A stretch of 20,202 nt of DNA from Thermoanaerobaculia bacterium (GCA_038245905.1 JBBRRY010000047.1:1-20202), one strand, 5' to 3'; shown: positions 8,974-16,323, numbered from the stretch's first letter. Notes: generated by a model from the letters alone, not told the origin. Program-made: numbers and translations.

Positions 8974-9948
8974 TTACTTCGCGAGCTTGCCGGCCTCTTC
9001 GGTGACGGCGGCCGCAGGAAGCGGGAAGAAGCCGTCCTTGACGACGATCTCCTGGCCGTCCCTCGAAAGCACGAACGCGAAGAATTCCTTGACGAGCGGG
9101 TCGAGGGGCTTGCCCGGCGCGCGGTTCACGTAAACGTAAAGGTAACGCGAGAGCGGGTACTTGCGGGCGAGGATGTTCTCGTAGGATTCGCCGAAGAACT
9201 CGCCGCCGTCGGCTTCTGCCAGCTTCACCGTCTTGACGCCCGACGTCGTATAGCCGACCCCGGAGTAGCCGATCGCGTACTTGTCCTCGGCGACGCCCTG
9301 GACGACCGACGACGAGCCGGGCTGCTCCTTTACGCTATTGCGGTAGTCACCCTTCGCGAGCGCGTGCTCCTTGAAGTAGCCGTACGTCCCCGAGGCGGAG
9401 TTGCGGCCGAAGAGCGAGATCGGCTTCGACGCCCAGTCGCCCGTGAGGCCGAGATCTCCCCACGTCTTCGCGTCCTTGCCGCCGCGCTTGCGGGTCGAGG
9501 AGAAGATCGCATCGACCTGCTTGAGCGTGAGCTTCTCGATCGGGTTGTCCTTGTTCACGTAAACGGCGAGGCCGTCGAGGGCCACGCGGACGGCGGTCGG
9601 CTTGTAGTGGTACTTCGCCTCGAACTTGTCCTTCTCGCTTCCCGACATCTCGCGCGACATGGGGCCGAGCTGCGCCGTGCCCTCGGTCAGCGCCGGGGGA
9701 GCCGTCGAGGAGCCCTTGCCCTCGATCTGGATGTTCACATTCGGGTAGGCCTTCTTGTAGCCCTCGGCCCAGTACGTCATGAGGTTGTTGAGCGTGTCCG
9801 AGCCGATGGAGTTCAGGTTTCCGGAGATCCCCGACGCCCGCTTGTATGCCGGAATCGTCGAATCCACTTTCACGGTATCGGCAAACAGCACGCCCGAGAC
9901 GACGAGCGCGAGGGCCGCGAGCGCCGGCTTCTTCGAGATCGAGTTCAT
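8974..9948 (-). CDS. pstS: Phosphate ABC transporter substrate-binding protein PstS
   Basis: Signal peptide; [44 protein letters not shown]; SD AAGGAGG upstream of the ATG. Confidence 0.97.
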   Translation of the reverse strand: MNSISKKPALAALALVVSGVLFADTVKVDSTIPAYKRASGISGNLNSIGSDTLNNLMTYWAEGYKKAYPNVNIQIEGKGSSTAPPALTEGTAQLGPMSREMSGSEKDKFEAKYHYKPTAVRVALDGLAVYVNKDNPIEKLTLKQVDAIFSSTRKRGGKDAKTWGDLGLTGDWASKPISLFGRNSASGTYGYFKEHALAKGDYRNSVKEQPGSSSVVQGVAEDKYAIGYSGVGYTTSGVKTVKLAEADGGEFFGESYENILARKYPLSRYLYVYVNRAPGKPLDPLVKEFFAFVLSRDGQEIVVKDGFFPLPAAAVTEEAGKLAK

Positions 9949-10009
9949 TTGAGTCCTCCTTCCAAGGTGTTGTCCCTGGTGGCAGGGAGTGTTGGCGGCG
10001 TGGGAATTG

Positions 10010-10042
10010 TTTATGTGTGATCGATGTTAAGTCGATGTTAAG
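10010..10042 (-). promoter_or_regulatory. Pho-box array upstream of pstS
   Basis: Minus strand CTTAACATCGA-CTTAACATCGA-TCACACATAAA: a perfect 11-bp direct repeat plus a third in-phase unit, the periodicity typical of PhoB/PhoP/SphR sites. Confidence 0.8.
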
Positions 10043-10059
10043 GGTCGCTCGAATTCAGT

Positions 10060-10103
10060 CTTTACGAGGACTCCACACAAGTTAAGAAGGCCCTTAACCC
10101 CTT
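10060..10103 (+). promoter_or_regulatory. Possible Pho-box units upstream of the porin gene
   Basis: In-phase 11-mers CTTTACGAGGA (10060), CTCCACACAAG (10071) and CTTAACCCCTT (10093); the unit at 10082 does not match. Confidence 0.45.
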
Positions 10104-10136
10104 TCGCCGAGAGTCTCGTCCGCAAGGAGGACCTCG

Positions 10137-11294
10137 ATGAAAAGATTTCTGAACGGGCTCGGAGCGCTCGCCCTCTCGGGTACCGTCCTGCTTTCTTTCG
10201 CGCTCACGGGTGCCGCGCTTCTCGGATTCACGCTGCCGGCGGCCGCAGCCGACCTGCCGAACGCCATCAAGATCGGCAGCGAGGGCGAGCTGAAGTTCGG
10301 ACTTCTCCTCCAGTCGTGGTACGTCGCGGACGACTCGCCGTTCGCGATCCCGACCGATACCACGACGAGCTCGACGCTCGGAAACCTCGTGGGCGCGAAC
10401 ACCTTCCGCCTGCGCCGCGCAGAGATCAAGCTGAACGGCAAGATCACGAGCGCGTGGGGCTTCGAGGTCATGCTCGATCCGGCGAAGACGATCACGACGG
10501 GCTCTGCGACGGCGGACGGAAAGATCCTGCAGGACCTCGCGGTCACGTTCCTGGGATTCAAGGGTCACGAGCTCGCCCTCGGCCAGAAGAAGATCATCCT
10601 GACCGAGGAGGGCATCCGGTCCTCGTCCGAGCTCGACTTCGCGGAGCGCGCGCAGATCACGCGCGCGGTGTCGGACCGCCGCGAGACCGGGTTCTTCTAC
10701 AAGGGCGACGTCGCCGAGCCCGTCACCCTGTGGGCGTCGATCACGAACGGTGTCGCGTCGAACGTCCTCGACGACTCGAACGACACGGTCGTCTACTCGG
10801 GCCGCTTCGACCTGAAGTTCCTCCCCGGCCTGAACGTCGGAGCTTCGGGCTCGTCCAGCGGCGGAGAGACCGCGGGGCATCTCTCTCGCCAGAGGATCGG
10901 CGCGCACGCGCGCTACGGCGGCGTTGCGGGCGCGACCCCGCTCATTCTGGAGGCCGAGTACGTGGCGGCGAAGGACGGCCGTGCAAGCGCGAACGACCTG
11001 CGCCGTGACGGCTGGTACGCGCAGGCTCTCTACACGTTCGACAAGATGTTCCAGATCGGCGTGCGGTACGACACGATCACGCGCGACCTCGATGCCCACA
11101 ACGGCGAGAACGGTATCGCCCAGGCGGACGCGAAGACGAAGACGTTCACCGCCGGTCTGCACTGGCTCGTTCAGGGCAAGAACCTGAACATCAAGCTCGA
11201 CTACTTCAACGTCAAGGAAGATAACCGCAAGGTGAATGGCGTCCTCAGCGACAGCTACAGCCAGCTCGTGATCGCCGCCCAGGCCGCCTTCTAG
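10137..11294 (+). CDS. Phosphate-selective outer-membrane porin (OprO/OprP family)
   Basis: Signal peptide, FRLRRAEIKLNG basic motif, LGQKK, SSSELDFAER, amphipathic beta-strands, C-terminal Phe; divergent from pstS; SD AAGGAGG. Confidence 0.85.
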   Translation: MKRFLNGLGALALSGTVLLSFALTGAALLGFTLPAAAADLPNAIKIGSEGELKFGLLLQSWYVADDSPFAIPTDTTTSSTLGNLVGANTFRLRRAEIKLNGKITSAWGFEVMLDPAKTITTGSATADGKILQDLAVTFLGFKGHELALGQKKIILTEEGIRSSSELDFAERAQITRAVSDRRETGFFYKGDVAEPVTLWASITNGVASNVLDDSNDTVVYSGRFDLKFLPGLNVGASGSSSGGETAGHLSRQRIGAHARYGGVAGATPLILEAEYVAAKDGRASANDLRRDGWYAQALYTFDKMFQIGVRYDTITRDLDAHNGENGIAQADAKTKTFTAGLHWLVQGKNLNIKLDYFNVKEDNRKVNGVLSDSYSQLVIAAQAAF

Positions 11295-11345
11295 AACGAA
11301 CCGACGCCGCGCGAGCTGCGCGGTCGAAAGCCGCTCTCCTCCTCC

Positions 11346-11376
11346 GCCCCCGGGCGATCCCCAGGGGCCATTTTTT
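11346..11376 (+). terminator. Intrinsic terminator after the porin gene
   Basis: Stem GCCCC(C)GGG / CCC(A)GGGGC with a 5-nt loop and one mismatch, followed by CA-TTTTTT. Confidence 0.75.
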
Positions 11377-11385
11377 CACGCCGTT

Positions 11386-11418
11386 CTTCACGTCGTTTGA
11401 ACATATCTCATACAGAGT
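11386..11418 (+). promoter_or_regulatory. Possible Pho-box array upstream of the cNMP-binding gene
   Basis: CTTCACGTCGT-TTGAACATATC-TCATACAGAGT; 11-bp period with AC at positions 5-6 of each unit, mirroring the pstS array. Confidence 0.5.
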
Positions 11419-11443
11419 TCGATCCAGAGGCAAAGGAGCTCGC

Positions 11444-11806
11444 ATGACCGTGTCGATCGATCTCTTTCGGAACGCGGACCAGGTCGAAGCCTACGCCGCG
11501 GGATTCCACATCTTCGAAGAGGGCGGCGGAGGCGGCGACCGGATGTACGGCGTGAAGGAAGGCGAGGTGGAGATCCTCGTTCACGGCGCCGTCGTAAAGA
11601 CCGTCCGTCCCGGCGGAATCTTCGGCGAGATGTCGCTCATCGACTCCAGCCGCCGGAGCAAGACCGCGATCGCGAGAACCGACTGCGTCCTGGTGCCGAT
11701 CAACACAAAACGATTCCACTTCCTCGTACCGCAGACGCCGATGTTCGCGCTGCAGGTCATGAAGATCATGGCCGAGCGTCTACGGCGGATGGACGCGCGC
11801 GTCTGA
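11444..11806 (+). CDS. Stand-alone cyclic-nucleotide-binding domain protein
   Basis: IFEEG...DRMYGVKEGEVEI...GGIFGEMSLIDSSRRSKTAIA (phosphate-binding cassette); no HTH; SD AAGGAG. Confidence 0.9.
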   Translation: MTVSIDLFRNADQVEAYAAGFHIFEEGGGGGDRMYGVKEGEVEILVHGAVVKTVRPGGIFGEMSLIDSSRRSKTAIARTDCVLVPINTKRFHFLVPQTPMFALQVMKIMAERLRRMDARV

Positions 11807-11818
11807 GGAGTGGGATCG

Positions 11819-12103
11819 ATGGACGAGCCGCCGCCCAAGCAGGTCGCCTCGCCCGTCACGAATCGCGCGTGCCTTTGCGGGAGCCACTCACTCGGGATGA
11901 ATGTCAACGCAGGGCATTATGTGGACCATCTTCATCATGCGGAGTGCCCGGCGTGCGGTCAGCGCTTCCAATCGTCGGAGGACTCGCCCTGCGAAAACTC
12001 TCCGTCCGCCGCCTTCTCTGGCGGGTCAGAAGCTCGGGATCGTGTGCCGGGATCGTCACTTCCTGCTGGTAGCGGCACTCTTTGCACGCGCGCAGGATCG
12101 TAG
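11819..12103 (+). CDS. Possible small Cys/His-rich (Zn-binding) protein
   Basis: GAGGAG upstream; CLC...HYVDHLHHAECPAC. Overlaps an opposite-strand candidate ORF, so it is uncertain. Confidence 0.3.
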   Translation: MDEPPPKQVASPVTNRACLCGSHSLGMNVNAGHYVDHLHHAECPACGQRFQSSEDSPCENSPSAAFSGGSEARDRVPGSSLPAGSGTLCTRAGS

Positions 12104-12179
12104 CCGGCGGCGGGGCCAGAAGACTCACGACGATTTGATTCGTGATGCCGCACTCATCGCAAGACCAGAGTTGCAACAT
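11904..12179 (-). CDS. Possible Zn-ribbon protein
   Basis: From ATG 12179: MLQLWSCDECGITNQ...RACKECRYQQEV (two CxxC). No SD; the C-terminal tail looks non-coding. Confidence 0.35.
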   Translation of the reverse strand: MLQLWSCDECGITNQIVVSLLAPPPATILRACKECRYQQEVTIPAHDPELLTRQRRRRTESFRRASPPTIGSADRTPGTPHDEDGPHNALR

Positions 12180-12258
12180 GATTCGTGACCGCTGACGCGC
12201 GGTCCTATCGCAAACGCACCGGGATTCCGATGAGGTCTGCCGGGTGGCTGGATCTCGC

Positions 12259-13017
12259 TCATCGGAACTCCGCGTAGTCGACGGTGACGCGGAAAAATTC
12301 TCCCTCCGTCTCGAAACGGTCGGAGCCAAAGTACCAGCCGACGCGCATCGTCGTTGGGATCGTCATCCCGTCGAAGGTCTTCTCATCCGAAACGATGGCC
12401 CCGAAGGGAACCTCATGGAATTGCTCCGGGTTGGCGGGTTCGGGGTTACCCCACCGTGCGATTCGCGCGGTTCGAAGGCGCCCGTCGCTCTCGATGGAAA
12501 GGTCGAGGTGGGCGGCGTGGTCCGCGAGGTACAGATCGACGCCGACGTTCACGGAATCGGGCGCACTCCAGTCGTTATCGGGTGCGAGGAGCACGGAAGG
12601 TAGCCACACGGATTCGATTTGGACGCGGCCAACCGCTGCGCGTGAGATGTCCGCTCCGGTGGCAGTGACGACCGGTATCAGGCTGAGGAGCTTCCACCGC
12701 ATGGCCCCGTTGCCGTCGATCCAGCGATCAGACCCCGTCACGGGCAGCCCTTTCATCTTTGTGCTCGCCCTCCACACAAATCCACGTGGCCAGCGAATCA
12801 CCTGGTCGGCGTCGAACGGGCACCAAGTTCCCTTTAGTTTGATCTTGCCGTGCATGCGCAGGCGGACGGCCGTTGCGACGAGGGCCCCCGGCGCGATGGC
12901 GTGCGCCAGGTATCGCCTTGCGGGCTCGGGTAGGCCAGCGATCTGTGCGGGGTTAAAGCGCTCCGTCGCTGCGGCAGCGTCTGCGTCCCAGAGCACGTCG
13001 AAGTCGCGATCATGCAT
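12259..13017 (-). CDS. DUF6544-like conserved hypothetical protein
   Basis: IAGLPEPARRYLAHAI...VRLRMHGKIKL...GFVWRA...ESVWLPSVLL...FDGMTIPT...GW; SD GGAGG. Confidence 0.8.
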   Translation of the reverse strand: MHDRDFDVLWDADAAAATERFNPAQIAGLPEPARRYLAHAIAPGALVATAVRLRMHGKIKLKGTWCPFDADQVIRWPRGFVWRASTKMKGLPVTGSDRWIDGNGAMRWKLLSLIPVVTATGADISRAAVGRVQIESVWLPSVLLAPDNDWSAPDSVNVGVDLYLADHAAHLDLSIESDGRLRTARIARWGNPEPANPEQFHEVPFGAIVSDEKTFDGMTIPTTMRVGWYFGSDRFETEGEFFRVTVDYAEFR

Positions 13018-13192
13018 GGGACGACCCTCCCACCCCAGGTGTTATCGATGCGCCCGCCGCGAAGGTACGAATTGCCCAGGTGGCCGTCGCCCGAAGCGCG
13101 TCGTCGAGGTCGGTCGCCGCGAACTGGAAACGCTCGCGGAAGCGAGCGTCGCTCACCACAAAATCGTGTTGCCACTCGTAATTCATCTCAGC
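13010..13192 (-). pseudogene. C-terminal remnant of an NAD-dependent epimerase/dehydratase (extended SDR)
   Basis: EMNYEWQHDFVVSDARFRERFQFAATDLDDALRATATW matches the typical C-terminus of this family. No Rossmann fold is encoded and fewer than 100 nt separate it from the upstream gene. Confidence 0.6.
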
Positions 13193-13285
13193 CCGAGTCA
13201 AAGACGACGTGAAGCTCCGTGATGTTTTCCTTTGAGTTAGACGGCAATGTGCTTCGGTGGAGTTCCGCGTGTTCAGTGTTGCGTG

Positions 13286-13900
13286 TCACGCCTCTGCGCG
13301 ACGCTTGATGCCTCGAAGCATCCGGGCTTGCATGAGGTAGTGGCCGACGCCGGCGGCAGCCAGCATGAGGGGTCGAGGGCTGAGCGCCAACGCCCCGTAA
13401 ATTCGCTCGATGAGGAAAGGAGCACGCGCTGAAGCAAAGCCAGCCTTACTGAGCTTGGGCCACTGCCGCGAGATGCGTCCCCGCACAATTATGCGGGTGC
13501 GTCTGCCCTCTAACGGCTCCAGCAGGAACTCCCAGCTCACCTGGTTGCCGCCCGTCGCATTGGGCACGGTCAGGACCAGATCGTGCGGGCGCTCGATCGT
13601 GGTGACGCGGAACGCGTCTGTTGCACCGGGGAGCGCAGGCATGACGTCACCCGGCGCGAGCTGCTGATACTCTTGGCGGATCGAGGTGGCGCTCGGATGT
13701 CCGCCGTTGTCGATCCGATCGTAGCTATACCAGCCACCGCGACCGGCGCCCATCTGTGCCAGCCACGGCCAGACGCGCTCGGGCGAAGCGTTGATCGTCA
13801 ACGCGTGAGTAACGGTTCCCATCGGAGCCGGCACGACCGAATCGCCGGGCATGGCGCGATGCTTTTCTTCGGGCGAGGCGAAACACGTCGCGAACGGCAT
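13286..13900 (-). CDS. SRPBCC-superfamily conserved hypothetical protein
   Basis: EEKHRAMPGDSVV...THALTINASPERVWPWLAQMGAGRGGWYSYD...SWEFLL...MLRGIKRRAE; SD AAGGAG. Confidence 0.82.
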   Translation of the reverse strand: MPFATCFASPEEKHRAMPGDSVVPAPMGTVTHALTINASPERVWPWLAQMGAGRGGWYSYDRIDNGGHPSATSIRQEYQQLAPGDVMPALPGATDAFRVTTIERPHDLVLTVPNATGGNQVSWEFLLEPLEGRRTRIIVRGRISRQWPKLSKAGFASARAPFLIERIYGALALSPRPLMLAAAGVGHYLMQARMLRGIKRRAEA

Positions 13901-14100
13901 GAGCTCCTTCCTCAGGAATCAACTGGAGGGGCAGTTCGCTCCCATCCCGGGTTGCGTCGGCCGGCCGCTGTCCACCTTAGAATATTACGTCGATCCTTCG
14001 AAGTCGGCGCACGGGAGTTTCGCCGTGGCGCTCACGGCGCGAATCGCTTGGTTGCGACGGCGCCTCCCGCGCGCGCGCCCGTGCCGCCTCGTCCGTCGTC

Positions 14101-14772
14101 TCACGAGGATGCAAACGACCGCCACGCGAAGAAGACGCCGGTCGCCAGTAGGAATGCGCCGGCGACGATCGTCGAGCGCGCGATCCAAAGGCCGGCCCGG
14201 TCCTTCAATCGGTGCGCAACCTTGATGAGGACCGTGAACCACGAGAAGACTCCCAGCCCGACCCCGACGGCGAAGCCCGCCGCCCCGGCGGGGGACGAGT
14301 CGAGGAGCCCGTGGCCGATGAGAAAGGAGATGAAGAGAGTCCAGTTCACGAAGGGCCCGGGATTCGCCGCACCTTGCAGAAACCCGATCAGGAACGGCAG
14401 GCGCAACGCCCCCATGCGGACGTTCGGGCGGGTCGGCAGGACAGGGGACTCTTCCCCCGGGCCGCCGCCGTTCGTCCTGTTCCGCCGGGCGTCCGCGAGA
14501 AGTGTTATGCCGGAGGAGACGAGGAAGAGCGCGAGAGGCACGCGAACCCAGGGACTGTCGACGACTCTCTCGAGCGCCCAGCCGACTCCGAAGCCGATGA
14601 GCGCACAGATGAGGAGGTCGACGCTCGCGCTTCCGAGCGCCACGCGGTACGCCTCACGTCTGTCGCCGAGCAGGCTCTTGCGCAGGCAGGTGATGCCGAT
14701 GGGGCCGGAGGAAATAGCTCCGACGAAGCCGCCGATGAACCCGGACGCGAGAGCGAGCAGGAAGGCCGCCAA
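14101..14772 (-). CDS. LysE/RhtB-family membrane translocator
   Basis: About 6 hydrophobic segments; GPIGITCLRKSL...ALGSASVD and GFLQGAANP motifs. The TTG start is uncertain. Confidence 0.78.
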   Translation of the reverse strand: MAAFLLALASGFIGGFVGAISSGPIGITCLRKSLLGDRREAYRVALGSASVDLLICALIGFGVGWALERVVDSPWVRVPLALFLVSSGITLLADARRNRTNGGGPGEESPVLPTRPNVRMGALRLPFLIGFLQGAANPGPFVNWTLFISFLIGHGLLDSSPAGAAGFAVGVGLGVFSWFTVLIKVAHRLKDRAGLWIARSTIVAGAFLLATGVFFAWRSFASS

Positions 14773-14801
14773 ACTCGCGGATATTCGCAGGAGCTGACGA
14801 G

Positions 14802-14834
14802 ATGAGGTTTAGCCCGTGTGTGACACGGGTTCAC
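14802..14834 (-). promoter_or_regulatory. Possible Pho-box-like array overlapping a palindrome, upstream of the LysE gene
   Basis: Minus strand GTGAACCCGTG-TCACACACGGG-CTAAACCTCAT; also contains the inverted repeat CCCGTGT-gtg-ACACGGG (14813-14829). Confidence 0.35.
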
Positions 14835-14930
14835 TTCACACCCCATCTTTGCGGGACTCCAAGGAATTGCGTCGCGTGCCTCGCCCCGGCGTCGAATGGC
14901 TCACGCAGTGCTTCCGATACTGCGCGAACC

Positions 14931-15137
14931 TCGGACGCCAAGGGCGGCGGAAGCGCGAACCGCAGCGTCGCGCTTGCGCGTGCGCACGCGGTCGCCTACC
15001 AGCTCCTTCTGGCCGGAATCCGGGGAAATCGTGTGCGGGTCGAAGGCCTTTCCGCCGAGGCGCCTCTCGCGTCCAACTCGACTGCCGAGGGAGGGGCGAA
15101 AAACCGCCGGGTGGACATCCGGTTCGCGGCCCGCTGA
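14931..15137 (+). pseudogene. C-terminal remnant of an OmpA/MotB-like peptidoglycan-binding domain
   Basis: SDAKGGGSANRSVALARAHAVAYQLLLAGI...VEGLSAEAPLASNSTAEGGAKNRRVDI. The first half of the domain and a signal peptide are absent from the upstream frame. Confidence 0.7.
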
Positions 15138-15163
15138 ACCCTGATGATCTAGTCTTGGCGGGG

Positions 15164-15937
15164 ATGAGGACGCATTCGTTTTCGGCCGTTGCGTTCGTGG
15201 AGAACCTTTCGCTCAAGGAAGCCGCTCCGGCTTTTCCTGGCGCGAGGGTCGGGACGCACGAGATCACGGCCTTGACGGGCTCCGGCGGCGCGCTCTTCGT
15301 CTATCCCTTCGGCGCCGTCGTTTTCCATGACGTCGTGGCGTCGGGACGCGACGAAGCGATCGCGAGCCTTCGAAAAACGATCCCACGGCTCACCGAGCGG
15401 GTCGTGCGCGAGGACTTCACCGTGCGTGAGGAACCCGGTGGCCCGATCCACCTCGTCGACGGGGCGCTCGTCGTAGACCGGCTCACACCCGAACGCGCGG
15501 GGGTCGTCGCCCTTACGATCGCGCAGAGCGCCTCGATGGAGTACTACGAGCGCATCGTCGATGCTCTCGTCCAGAAGACGATGCGCATCGTCGAGAGGCT
15601 CGAGTCGACCGGCTCGGTTTCATTCCGCGTCCGGCCGCTTCACCGGTTCATCGGAGAAGCCATCAGTACACGCTCGGAAGTTCTGTCCGTCCTGCACCTC
15701 CTCGACAAGCCGGACGCGATGTGGGACGACCCTGCTCTCGACCGGATCTACGCCGACCTTCGCGCCGAGTTCGACCTCGTGGACCGCTTCGAGGCGCTGG
15801 AGCGAAAACTTCGCAGCGTGCAGGAGGCACTCGAGCTCGTCCTGGGGGTCGCGCGTGACCGGCGCATGACGGCGCTCGAGGCTGCCGTCGTCTTCCTCAT
15901 TGTCCTCGAGATCGTCTTCGCGTTCCTGAGGCACTGA
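15164..15937 (+). CDS. RMD1/DUF155-family protein (257 aa)
   Basis: Probable start ATG 15164. FVYPFGAVVF, IAQSASMEYYE, LLDKPDAMWDDPALDRIY...EFDLVDRFEALERKL, C-terminal TM LEAAVVFLIVLEI. Confidence 0.88.
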   Translation: MRTHSFSAVAFVENLSLKEAAPAFPGARVGTHEITALTGSGGALFVYPFGAVVFHDVVASGRDEAIASLRKTIPRLTERVVREDFTVREEPGGPIHLVDGALVVDRLTPERAGVVALTIAQSASMEYYERIVDALVQKTMRIVERLESTGSVSFRVRPLHRFIGEAISTRSEVLSVLHLLDKPDAMWDDPALDRIYADLRAEFDLVDRFEALERKLRSVQEALELVLGVARDRRMTALEAAVVFLIVLEIVFAFLRH

Positions 15938-15944
15938 CACGAGA

Positions 15945-16211
15945 TCATCTGGCTTTTCTCCGGGACTTCCTCTCCGTCCACACGATGCCGTTGAGCTCTG
16001 AATCGAGAATCTCGAGCGTCACGATGGGGTGTCCCTGAGCCTGAGAGCCATCGCCGACCTCTACGACCCGAACCTCGAAGGGACTTCCTTCGATTCTCAC
16101 GAGGACGACTTCACCGACGTGGGCGGGCTCGGAAAGAAGACTCGAGATGTGCAGGACCCCCCTACGGTCGACCCTGGTCGCACCTTTGAGCCTGAAATTG
16201 GGTGCGGTCAT
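15945..16211 (-). CDS. Hypothetical protein (88 aa), predicted mainly beta-strand
   Basis: GGAGG SD 7 nt before the ATG; fills the gap between convergent RMD1 and the upstream gene; no family recognised. Confidence 0.55.
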   Translation of the reverse strand: MTAPNFRLKGATRVDRRGVLHISSLLSEPAHVGEVVLVRIEGSPFEVRVVEVGDGSQAQGHPIVTLEILDSELNGIVWTERKSRRKAR

Positions 16212-16251
16212 CGATCGCCTCCGCGTTCAAGCCTCGGCTACGGAAGCGTGT

Positions 16252-16284
16252 TCCGGGTTCGAATCGCGTTAAGTCGGTGTGTCG
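16252..16284 (-). promoter_or_regulatory. Possible Pho-box array upstream of the 88-aa gene
   Basis: Minus strand CGACACACCGA-CTTAACGCGAT-TCGAACCCGGA; shares CGACTTAAC exactly with the pstS array. Confidence 0.45.
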
Positions 16285-16323
16285 GCTGGCGTTCGAGCGT
16301 TGGCCGGCATTTCCGCGAGTACG

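Noticed and set aside
1009-10020. Long plus-strand ORFs (1009..2340, 2178..4097, 5477..6595, 7171..8235, 8323..10020)
   Set aside because: They are antisense shadows of well-supported pho/pst genes, expected in high-GC DNA, and show no recognisable motifs.
10021-10042. Tandem repeat considered as CRISPR or VNTR
   Set aside because: Only two adjacent 11-mers with no spacers and no cas genes; a regulator site explains it better.
13218-13243. TCTAACTCAAA/GGAAAACATCA as another Pho-like array on the minus strand
   Set aside because: The AAC cores are 12 bp apart and only two weak units exist.
14816-15163. N-terminal extension of the RMD1 ORF
   Set aside because: Arg/Gly-rich non-homologous sequence overlapping the OmpA remnant; the family-like sequence begins at ATG 15164.
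16253-16270. GGGTTCGAATC resembling a tRNA T-loop or att site
   Set aside because: The flanks do not form a T-stem, there is no cloverleaf or CCA end, and no integrase is nearby.
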